From Proteromonas lacertae (Eukaryota), in the NCBI GenBank assembly GCA_002245135.1, contig NGBS01000340.1, positions 1-49,816 on the forward strand: a stretch of 49,816 bases of DNA, given 5' to 3'. The position numbers were made by a program, and so were the translations under genes. The notes under the pieces are model-generated. The model did not search any database, was not told the DNA's origin, and saw only the letters and a program-made list of their open reading frames with translations. This document shows positions 25,415 to 34,697 of the stretch, piece after piece; within the stretch, counting starts at the first letter, position 1, and the number at the start of each line of letters is the position of its first letter.

Positions 25415-25780
25415 CTAGTTACTGAGAGTCTGGATTGCTATCGATGATATGGACAAGGATGATAGAATCTCTTGATCCTTGTGAGTTCTACGATCAACGA
25501 TCTCCTTACCGAGTAGGTAATACTTATTGATGAACTCCTTAAGGGACTTCGTAGCATTAGCCAGGCAATTGATCATAGGCAAGATGTTGAAGCAGTTAAG
25601 CAAGTAGTCTCGGAGTACACTTACTGAAGGAGATGCATTGTAGTACTCAGGATCGTTAAGGATGACAAGACCATAAACACGATGGAAGGTAGCTTCTCCT
25701 AGCTCACGTAGATCAGTCCTTGGATCACAAGTCCCTAGTAGTAATAGTTTTCTAGGATCAATGTTACGCCTTACGATATT
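25415..25780 (-). pseudogene. 5'-truncated paralog of 22221-22637
   Basis: Shared ILxDPxYY/LRxYLL motif; composition shifts at ~25780, where an AT-richer segment replaces the 5' end. Confidence 0.5.
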
Positions 25781-26121
25781 TAAAAAGTGCAAGAAATTTG
25801 AAACTAGATGAAGTGTCAATTCATAAGCATTAATTGTAAAATGCCAAATGCAATGCATAGTACCAGTGTATTGGGTATTAGTCAAAATAGTATTGAATTT
25901 AGTCGTTACAAGATAGTCAAAATAGAATTGCAAACTAGTCGTTTCAATATATGAAGGTATATATACATGATTGAAGGTTCTTTTCCTTGGGGGCGTAGCC
26001 CGAATGGTCAGAGGAATGCCGTAGGAAGTACTAGCCCAGCCGGGTAGCCCAGCCTGGTTCAAATCTTGCTAAAGGAAATAAAAGTTAAATAGGCGCAGCG
26101 CAGCTAGCATGAGAAAGAACA

Positions 26122-26184
26122 CCGTTGAGAAGTAGGCCCTGTTGGGAGGAATCCCGTAGGAACCTTACGTAAATGGGACTCTGG
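26122..26184 (-). repeat. Internal partial copy of the terminal repeat (right-end orientation)
   Basis: ccgttgagaagtaggccctgttgggaggaatcccgtaggaaccttacgtaaatgggact is the reverse complement of ~21754-21812. Confidence 0.9.
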
Positions 26185-26421
26185 TACATCATAAATCCCA
26201 AAAATAACAAAATTACTCTTAACATATTTACAGTGGATTTTGATGAAGCTATACCATTATATGTCACTCAGATAGATAAATTCAAAAATTGGCCTCATGC
26301 CAATGTATTGTTCTATGGAAATCATTTTTACCCAATTATCAACCTCAATGCATTTTTATTACCATTAAAACAAAAATGTAGTAATTATGTAGAAAGATGT
26401 CCATATTGCTTCTGTAGAGGT
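26185..26421 (+). pseudogene. Fragment resembling the N-terminal region of Polinton/Maverick protein-primed PolB
   Basis: NNKITLNIF...IPLYVT...HANVLFYGNHFYPIINLNAFL...CPYCF follows the pattern N.ISINVF...IYPL.......HVNLL...HY..I.NL..LL...C..C that I recall from Polinton pPolB. Confidence 0.55.
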
Positions 26422-26422
26422 T

Positions 26423-26619
26423 AACACTTCTCCTCTGGCATCTGACAATTGCTTAAGTTCTTTGAATCGTGATTGAAGCTCCTGAGAATGCTTTGTGTAC
26501 ATCTCCTGGAGGTAGTTCTTTTGTTGGCTTCTACAACTAGGACATCGGATATAGTATCTCTTATCAGGCATCTCAAAGTCTCGGGCATTGAAGCACTTCC
26601 TGCATTCTAAGCAAGGTAA
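26423..26619 (-). pseudogene. Zinc-finger paralog 2, truncated at 5' by an element terminus
   Basis: Extending ORF 26365-26571 upstream gives LPCLECRKCFNARDFEMPDKRYYIRCPSCRSQQKNY, cut at 26620. Confidence 0.7.
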
Positions 26620-26620
26620 A

Positions 26621-26858
26621 TATATAGTATATAAATGGGACCCTGGGACATTGTCACAGAGTTCTAACGAGTGTTCTAGGAGTCCGTCCCTTTCTAGATT
26701 CAGAGTTGACCTTTACGGGAGCTTCATCGATTGCATAGTCCCATTTACGTAAGGTTCCTACGGGATTCCTCCCAACAGGGTCTACTTCTCAACGGGGTCT
26801 ACTTCCCTACGGGTACTCCTGGAAGCTATCTAGAAGTGTTGGTTACCTCGAGATGATG
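26621..26858 (+). repeat. Internal copy of the terminal repeat including the probable true outer end (TATATAGTATATAAATGGGAC), inner palindrome arm deleted
   Basis: 26621-26641 is the reverse complement of 37052-37072; 26644-26731 is the reverse complement of 21665-21752; 26734-26858 matches 21751-21935 minus a ~60-nt segment. Confidence 0.9.
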
Positions 26859-27282
26859 GTAATGAAGAGGCAGTGATCTCTTTCGGAGTATGGGTAAGAA
26901 CGTCTCAGAGGAAGCTTCCTTACCAAGGACGATGTTGCGGAGCAATATCGAACTTGGATAGGAAGGTTCCTTCGTAGACGTTCTTGTCCATGCCCGGAAG
27001 AAGAACTGCTTTCTTCATTACCAGGATCATTGAGAAGGTACTTTCATTTGATCATCATCCAGGGTTGTTGAATCTCTTGGAGTTGTTGCTGCCCGACAAA
27101 GCAAGGTAAACTATTTGCACCATAGTTGGGCAGCTCCGAAGGTGGTCACTGATTATAGTTATCCTCTTGCTTAGACTTCCTCTATCTATTGCTTTCCCAT
27201 AACTTCAGTCTCGGTATCGGCTTTTCCTGTAATGTTTTTGATCGATCCCAAGACAGAACCTTATCGATGAAGATTGCAATCC

Positions 27283-29748
27283 TTAGTTATACAAAGTAGT
27301 GCAAGTGAAGATAAGCGGAAGGTCGAAGGAAGATGCTGCTATACTCTCTTGAAAGAAAGTAAGCTGATCTTTACCATTGAAAGTCATAAACCCTGAACGT
27401 CTTGTTGATTTACCAGTCTTGAGAATATGCACCCAATAAGAGGTTTTATTCTCGAGGTGAAATGCCCTTAAGAAGCAACATACCAGATCGTCACTCGGGT
27501 TGACAATAACTATTCCATCAAATGAGATTGTTATGTAACTTCGATCTGTTGCAGTGATGGATAGCTGAACTCTGTTCGGATAAGCCGTAAAACAACCTTG
27601 GCAACTATTCACGTAGCGAGGTATTGTAATCTGAAGGTTCTGTACTTCAGCGATCACGGTATCCTGACTATTAAGGATGTAGTTCCACATTGAAGTCAAG
27701 GCCTCATTCATCTGATTAGCTACCGTGGTAATCTCCGATGATCCATCTCCTTGAGATGCCAGGCTTTCTACTGATGTCTTTAACTCGGACAACTTCTTCT
27801 GGACATCCTGGAAATTGCTATCGACGGAGTTGATTTTACTTAATTGAGCTGCATTGGTAAAGTTGTTTACTTGAGTCACAGCCAGGTTGTTGAGGTTGTT
27901 GACTTTGACTTGGACTTCAATGACTCTTGTCTGGCAGTCTCCTATCTTTGAATGTACTTCATTGACCTTGGTTAATTGAGCTGGTGAACAGAAGCTATTG
28001 ACATTCCCGGTATTGAATCCATCGATCTTGGTTCTGATAGCAGCTGTATTGTTGATAGCTGTATCGATCAGTCCTTTACGAGTATTGTTAAAGAAGCCAT
28101 CCAAGTTCCTTCGGAGGTTGTCTTCTTCAGTCCTTCTAGCCACGCCGCAGGTTGCATTCACATCATTGATACTTAGAGAATCCACCTTGATCTTGATTGC
28201 ATCGGTGTTGGCCTTAGTTGTATCAATGAAGTTACCACTGCCTTCAGTACAGAACTGGTTAAAACTCTCCTTGTTGAGGTCATGGACACGTTCATAACGC
28301 TTATCTATCTTCTCCGATCGATCCGAAGTACAGAAGTGCTTCACAGCAGTGTTGGTCTCATCGATAGCAGCACTTCTCGGAATAGTACAAAACTCCTTGA
28401 TCGCGTTGTCAGCATCGTCGATCTCCTTAGTTCTCTTATCGGTAATGAATCCTTTGATCAGTTCCTCAATACTCTTGACAATGGTAAGTCTCTCCAAGGA
28501 GCAGTAGTTGTTAATGTCTTCGATGGCTATGCCGGTGATCAGCTCATGGACTTTATCAATCTTCTCCTTCTGTGAGCTACTACAATACTGGTTGATATTA
28601 TCGATATCTATCTTACTTACAATATCCTTGTTCTTGTCAATAGTGGTAGCTCTCTCCTCAGTGCAGAAGGTATTCGTCTTGTCAGCTTCTCCATTCAACT
28701 CGGCGATCTCTTCCTCCATAGCATTCATCTGGTTCTTAAAGTCCTTGTTGTAACCATTGGCAATCTCAATCTCTTGTAAGACCTCCTTGAACTTAATCAT
28801 GTTGTTGTTAATCACAGTATTGATTGCCTTGTACTCCTCGTAGTTGTTCTTCATCTTGATCAACTCCTCAGAATCTACTTTGATCTGCTTCTCTAAGTCA
28901 GTGAGCTTCGTAAGGCTCTTATCATCCACCGTAGTGATGTACTTGATCATATCGTAGACGTTAACATCCCCGATGTTGAGACTCTCGCATAATGACTTCA
29001 ACAAGGTATTTAGACGATCCAATTTCTCATCCTCTGATCCCTTCAATTGATCGATTGAAGTATTGGTGGATTCAATGGCATTGCTTACATCCTCCATGCT
29101 CTTATACAACTCTGGTAATTGCTTCTCCGTGTACTGCTTAAGTTCATTGCTGCAAGTAGCAATATTGCTCAAGGTTGTAATAGTCGTATCTCCGAAGTCT
29201 TTAGGGATCTTGTTGTTAAGTAAAGTACCTAGGTTCTTAACTTCCTGGAGCTTCTGATCGATACCTTCAATCTTATCAGTCTCATCTAGCACTTCCTTTA
29301 AGGTCGATTGAATAGCTTTATGATCTGGTTGTAAGGTATCTTGAAGGTACTCATGGAGTTGATGATGATCAGTCTCTAGCTTAGCCAACTTCGTAGATGA
29401 CTCCTCCGAGTGATCATCCTACTTTCTCTTGATAGCTGTTGTGGATGAGGTTACTTCTTCTTGTTGCTTCTGATTGATACTGACGGGTGTTCCTCGGAGG
29501 ACTTCTTGGATAGTGCTTACCAATGGAGGATTGATCTTATCATAGTCTATCACGGCCTTGAGTTCACCAGAACCCAAGGCCTTTTGAATCACTTCCTGGG
29601 AGTCTTGAAACAACACGTCCTTATCATACTTAACAACAACCTTCCCATCTATCTTTTGCTTCACATCGTAAGTAGTCTTGTCGATAGTATTAAGTAACCT
29701 TAACATCTCCTCATCGTTCTCCCGTAAGTTGTTCCCGGTGTTGAACAT
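27283..29748 (-). CDS. Long coiled-coil, fibre-like protein with internal N-x-F/Y-C repeats and a beta-rich C-terminal domain; one in-frame TAG at 29419-29421
   Basis: ORFs 29419-29748 and 27283-29388 share a frame (KRK*DDHSEESSTKLAKLE); repeats such as INQYCSSSQKEKID, IKEFCTIPRSAAID, VKHFCTSDRSEKID, FNQFCT, VNSFCSPAQLTKVN. Confidence 0.6.
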
Positions 29749-31160
29749 TGCCTAGGTAATGATTCCAGATCAGAACTTTACTTATAGATCCAGGAGCTAC
29801 TTTACTTAGATGACTTCTCAGGTATCTATTATATCATAACATGCCCTGGCCTTCAACAGCTTTGCCTACCTCCCGAGAAGTACCTTGTTAACTCTATCCA
29901 CACGATGAACTTCAACTACTTACGATTACTAGCTGATGGATGTAGATGACTTTATCGGTCTTTGTAATGAGTTGCGTGATCTCTATGCTGTGAACTTCAT
30001 AGTCTCGATCATCATCTACCATCTTAACTTACAATGCTTCTATTCCGATAAGACTTATACGATGGTCAGAAGCCTCCTTTGAAGTTCAGCTACTCTCCGT
30101 AGACTTCACTTGCACCTAAGATTTCCAAGGATCTACTAATCGTCTCTCTATTCCAGATGCTCCTTTACCTTCTTGGACTTCTCTGACTTGGCAGCCATTA
30201 CCTATGAAGTACTTTGTCTTCACTCTTGGTTCTAGCAGTCTATGATCCACTGCTATGATAAGTACCTTGAGACTGACTGCTGAAGTTAGAGTTGATCTCA
30301 TCCTTAACATCTCTTGAAGAACTACTTGTGATCTTTACCGATACCTATCTCTTGAACTGATGGTAACCCTTCAAGTGACAATTCCTTCTAGTTCTAGTTC
30401 ATCGAAGTTGTTGATCCTCAGTAATGTACTAGCCTTCAGTCTGATCACTACTAGTCTCGGCATTGTTATTGAAGTCAGTGTCTTTACCTATCTACTATTA
30501 ATCACCTTACGATCGATAGCTTATAGACTCTTGGACATCTATGCCAATGTTGCTACTTGAGGAGTATACGATATCTCTGGTCTACTTACTTACTTACTAG
30601 TAATGATTCCTAGCATCACAAGTAAGGACTACTCAGGTAAAGGATTATCGATCACACTTCCTATAGTCTGCAATTGTAACTCTTTATGTACCTACAACTA
30701 CTTCATGATCTTCAGAGTCATTGATCCAAGGATGTTATCTCGGGGTTGTTGATGTCCTTACTATCATTGACTTATCCGAGACTCCTTTAGTTTATTTAAT
30801 TGATTACTTACCATGTCCTTGAGTTGCTCATCTCCATAAGACTCCTTGAATTGATTATTTCTATTGTCCTCGGTCATACCCAAGGTAACATTTTACTAAG
30901 TACCAACAATGTTAATCACGTTCCTTATCAGGAGATGCGTTTACTACTACTACTACTACTACTTGTGGAAGTTATGATGACTTTGCCTGGTAAGGAGTTG
31001 CTTCAGAAGCTAGCTTTAGATACTTCGCTGAAGGATCACTTGAAGCACCTAGCGATGGTACTGAGGGTGTTGTTATCGGTCTCTTCTTCGAAGGATTACT
31101 AAGCTGTTTTTGTCTCCTCATTGATTCTATCCTGAGTCGGAGATGATCTTCATATTGTCT

Positions 31161-31751
31161 TTAGCGATGATACAGACTCAAGAGACAGCACATCGGAAGT
31201 GACTTTACCTTTAGATCTACGTGAAAGTTGATGTGTCCATCTTTGATAGATAAAACTATCTTGGCCTGGCAAGACTTCTCTTTGAGGTGAACAGCATCAC
31301 ATGGAAATGAAATAATCTTATCGAACATCCCATCATGGTCGATTAGATCATTGTTATCCTTGATTGTCTTAAGAATCTCATGTATACTGTGTTGCATAAG
31401 CTGATTAATTATATCCCTTGTTTTATCAATGGAGTTGATGGAGATTCCTGGTTGTTGATTCTTAGTAGGTTTCCCAGATCTACATCTTGGACAATATCGA
31501 TAGTAGTCTCCATTGGGCTTTAACATCATCGATGAAGCGAAGTGCATATAGCATCTACTGCAGGACATAGTCTTGGCTATGAGTTCACCGTTCTCTTCCA
31601 AGGCTTTACGTTCCTCATGGCATCGGGCTATTGTCTTCTGCTTTGCCTTTCGTAAGAGAGCTCTACAAGAACTACAACTGCTGTATGCTCTTCCATCAGC
31701 TTCAGATTGGAACTCCTTCTTACATCGACTACATTTGACGATGGATTGCAT
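31161..31751 (-). CDS. Double zinc-finger protein (paralog 3)
   Basis: CSRC...GRAYSSCSSCR and CSRC...LKPNGDYYRYCPRCRS; ATG at 31751. Confidence 0.7.
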   Translation of the reverse strand: MQSIVKCSRCKKEFQSEADGRAYSSCSSCRALLRKAKQKTIARCHEERKALEENGELIAKTMSCSRCYMHFASSMMLKPNGDYYRYCPRCRSGKPTKNQQPGISINSIDKTRDIINQLMQHSIHEILKTIKDNNDLIDHDGMFDKIISFPCDAVHLKEKSCQAKIVLSIKDGHINFHVDLKVKSLPMCCLLSLYHR

Positions 31752-31930
31752 GGTTACCAATTAAGTATAAAAATAACTAGAAATATCTTAATGCCTTGAG
31801 TGACTGTAATAATAGACTGGTTACTACATATTAATCTCATGGTTATTAGATACTTGTTTATTAGCTTTACTTTTATGAGTTCTTATTCATATCTCGGGAA
31901 TGTTGACTTCATAAGGCAACTGTGGTAAGT

Positions 31931-32875
31931 CTAATTCATCATCATCACATCCGATATGGGACTTAAGTCATAGTCATCTTCGGGGTGTTGGTTCAGCTGC
32001 TGGTTATCTTGTCGATAGTGACATGGTAATCTCGGAACCTTTATCTTGATGGACAAAGTAAGTTCATTGTCTATGGGTTCTTCCATTATGTACTCTCCGT
32101 AGTCTACTTCCAAGGGATTATCATGTTGTTGTTGATCACCATCATCATCCTTGGACTCCTCCAAGTGATTCTTATCATTGACTTCAAAGGGATTGGAATA
32201 CTCATGTAGTTGTGAGTCCAAGTCCATCTCCATGCCATTGATAAACTCGTCCTCATTCACTAGATTTACATCTTCGTGAGGTGTCAACTCCTTGGTTGGA
32301 TCCTTTATAAGCTTTCTTAAAGACTCCTGGTTGAGTTGATCATCATCAACTACAATAGACTTCTTCTTCTGGGTAAGTTGCTCCATAGCTTCCATGGTTG
32401 AATCTATTACTGGGTACTTCAAAGGCTCCTTGGAGTCTCTTAAGTTGTGATAGTTCTGAAGGCTTTGTTGGTGCTGATGATGTTGGCGTTGTCGTTGCTT
32501 TAGGTTAAAGTATCGTTGGCTTTCACGGGACCTACATTCATCACAATGAGCCAAGTACTTTCCATTAGCTTTCTTAGTGAAGCTACTTACTGGTAGATAT
32601 CGTTTGCAGTGTAAGCATGGTAGAGTATCGGAAGGATTAGTTGCTAGTTGTTCAGCTTGCTTTCTCTTACGTCTTAATTCTTCATACCATCGAAGCTGGC
32701 CTTTGGAGTTGTATCTACTTGATTCCTTGTAATAGTTTTCATCCTTGATCTTGTTGAAGCAATCCAGACATAAGCTATCTCCTTGCCTTCCATTCCTTGA
32801 TCCTTGATCGATAAGTATCTGCTGGTGACATTCAACACATCGGGATTGATAACTAGGTTGCGAGTCTGAAGACAT
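31931..32875 (-). CDS. Double zinc-finger protein with acidic tail (paralog 4); likely ATG at 32875
   Basis: CVEC...CLDC and DTLPCLHCKRYLPVSSFTKKANGKYLAHCDECRS, close to GTLPCCLCYHNIPVNSFLKKTGGYYKCCDQCRS of paralog 1. Confidence 0.7.
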   Translation of the reverse strand: MSSDSQPSYQSRCVECHQQILIDQGSRNGRQGDSLCLDCFNKIKDENYYKESSRYNSKGQLRWYEELRRKRKQAEQLATNPSDTLPCLHCKRYLPVSSFTKKANGKYLAHCDECRSRESQRYFNLKQRQRQHHQHQQSLQNYHNLRDSKEPLKYPVIDSTMEAMEQLTQKKKSIVVDDDQLNQESLRKLIKDPTKELTPHEDVNLVNEDEFINGMEMDLDSQLHEYSNPFEVNDKNHLEESKDDDGDQQQHDNPLEVDYGEYIMEEPIDNELTLSIKIKVPRLPCHYRQDNQQLNQHPEDDYDLSPISDVMMMN

Positions 32876-33713
32876 TTCAATAAGGTGAGTATTTTGAACT
32901 CCTAGGAAATTGTGAATTGGCTTCTCCTGGTAATTCCAACGATTCAGCTTCAACTAAATGGCATCTATACGATCAACACTAGTACTAGGTACAACTATGG
33001 GACTTTGAATTTACGATTGATAGGTACTACGATCCATTCCTCCTCCTTCATCAGCTCTCCTGATACTTGTTTCATTACGGTGTCAGCTACATCCTCCAGT
33101 ACCTTCTTTACCTCCCTGTTGACTACAATCGGAAGCCACTCCTGATAAGCCTTAAAGATTCGTAAGTATCTCTCGGTGTGAAACTTAAACTCCTTCAGTG
33201 TTGTACTATGCTCATCTTATGATTGTAGACCTTCTGGGGATCATCCTTCAGTGCTGAAGACTCTGTGGGTAATGGGTCGTAGAGATAGAGTACTTGCATT
33301 ACTTTGTAGATCCCTTGCAAGTTCCCATGCAGGTTCCTATGCAGGTTCCTATTCAAGCTCCTTTGAAAACTACTAAGGCTGGTAAAGGTAAGAGATCTAC
33401 AAAATCATCCTTTCCTACTCCTCCAGCATCAATGAGCTATTACTCTAACTACAATCCTTATGCTGCTTACGTTCCATCATTCGGAGGAGTCTATCAGCAA
33501 CAGACCCAACAAGTAACAACCTTATCCAGATACTTCTAAGTTCCTTAATCACTTATCGTTGATAACCTTGAGTTGTTTAAGGGCTACTACAATCATCTTC
33601 TAGTATCTATCGGAGATACTTGTTAATACGTCCCTGACATCTCCTATCCGATGATATCTATTTGCTTATTGTCCATCCCTACATAAAAACCTTTAAGATC
33701 TTAGGTAATTTAC

Positions 33714-34150
33714 TTAAAGGCAATGATCACCATCGCAATAGCTTACTTCAATCGGGAATGGTTGATTGTAGTCTTCATCTAGTTCATTTCCTTGAACTTC
33801 CTCGGGACTTAGATCGATCTTGTAATCCTTGAGGAGCTTCTGATAAAGTCAGGTTCTGATACTTGTTGTAGGAGTCGGTAATACTCCTCCTTGGAGATCT
33901 CTTCATAAGGCATCTGCCGGTAGGTTGTTTTCATCTGGTCAGTGGCAATTGAAGGTAAGAATGATACTACTGAACGAAGGCTGGCAACATCAACTGGGAA
34001 GGAGATCACCGAGGTTGTCTCTGGGCAATAGAAGTCATCTTCAATCGGATACTCTTGCATGTTCTTCAACCAGCAAATACCAGGCTCTCCATTCTTCCGT
34101 ATGTGTTCAGTTATATTGCTATAGTCCATTCCTTTGACTGCAAAGGCACC
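33714..34150 (-). pseudogene. nrdJ: Collapsed class II (adenosylcobalamin-dependent, monomeric RTPR-type) ribonucleotide reductase
   Basis: FAVKGMDY...NGEPGICWLKNM | YPIEDDFYCPETTSVISFPV | VSFLP...YRQMPYEEISKEEY; after a frameshift, C-terminal YCDGDHCL* (stop 33714-33716). Confidence 0.8.
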
Positions 34151-34172
34151 ATAGAGAAGTTGAACCTCAACC

Positions 34173-34487
34173 TTACTTCCTTTTGTATAGATCTCCGATC
34201 CTTCCATATCCACTTATAAGGTGGCGATGGAACTTGGCAGACAGGTCTATGATCTCAGCATTGAAAGAAACATCATCATCGTCTTCATCCTTGGAGTTAG
34301 TGATTGTAAGTGAAGGTTTAGGAGGGAGAGGAGGAGGAACATCATCATCATCAACAGCAGCAATCATCTCAGCCTTCAACTTCTTATATTCCGGCTTAAG
34401 CTTAATTCTGAACACTTTAGTGTCTTCCTCATCGCTGGAAGATTCCTCGGAGGCATTGTCAGGTCTAGTTCTCTTCATGATATTCAT
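34173..34487 (-). CDS. Island hypothetical protein (acidic, PPPLPPKP motif), first ORF inside the right repeat
   Basis: 104-aa ATG ORF starting ~30 bp from the inner border of the right terminal repeat. Confidence 0.4.
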   Translation of the reverse strand: MNIMKRTRPDNASEESSSDEEDTKVFRIKLKPEYKKLKAEMIAAVDDDDVPPPLPPKPSLTITNSKDEDDDDVSFNAEIIDLSAKFHRHLISGYGRIGDLYKRK

Positions 34488-34697
34488 GGATCAGAAAAGA
34501 CTCAATGGAGATCTTAACAATTGTAAACTCCCGGTTCCATAATGAGTTTCCACGATTCTATTAAAAGCCCCTACAAGGTCACCAGAGTAGCAAGGAGACT
34601 CTAGATCGTGATCAGATTCATCACCTCGAGGTAACCAACACTTCTAGATAGCTTCCAGGAGTACCCGTAGGAGATCGTTTCATAGATAGGTATAGAA

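Noticed and set aside
25780..26062. N-terminal half of the 215-aa ORF
   Set aside because: Lies in a compositionally different inserted segment; only the part below ~25780 matches the paralog.
29750..31150. Additional island genes (possible capsid or ATPase)
   Set aside because: Only short broken frames with no recognisable motif; no call can be supported without profile searches.
24745..31163. TAA/TAG reassigned to Gln in the island (in-frame stops at 25114, 29419 and 31161 read plausibly as Q)
   Set aside because: The 701-aa and 340-aa ORFs use many CAA/CAG and no internal TAR; the RNR ends correctly at TAA after CDGDHCL; 3' motifs follow TAR stops. Ordinary C-to-T nonsense decay is enough.
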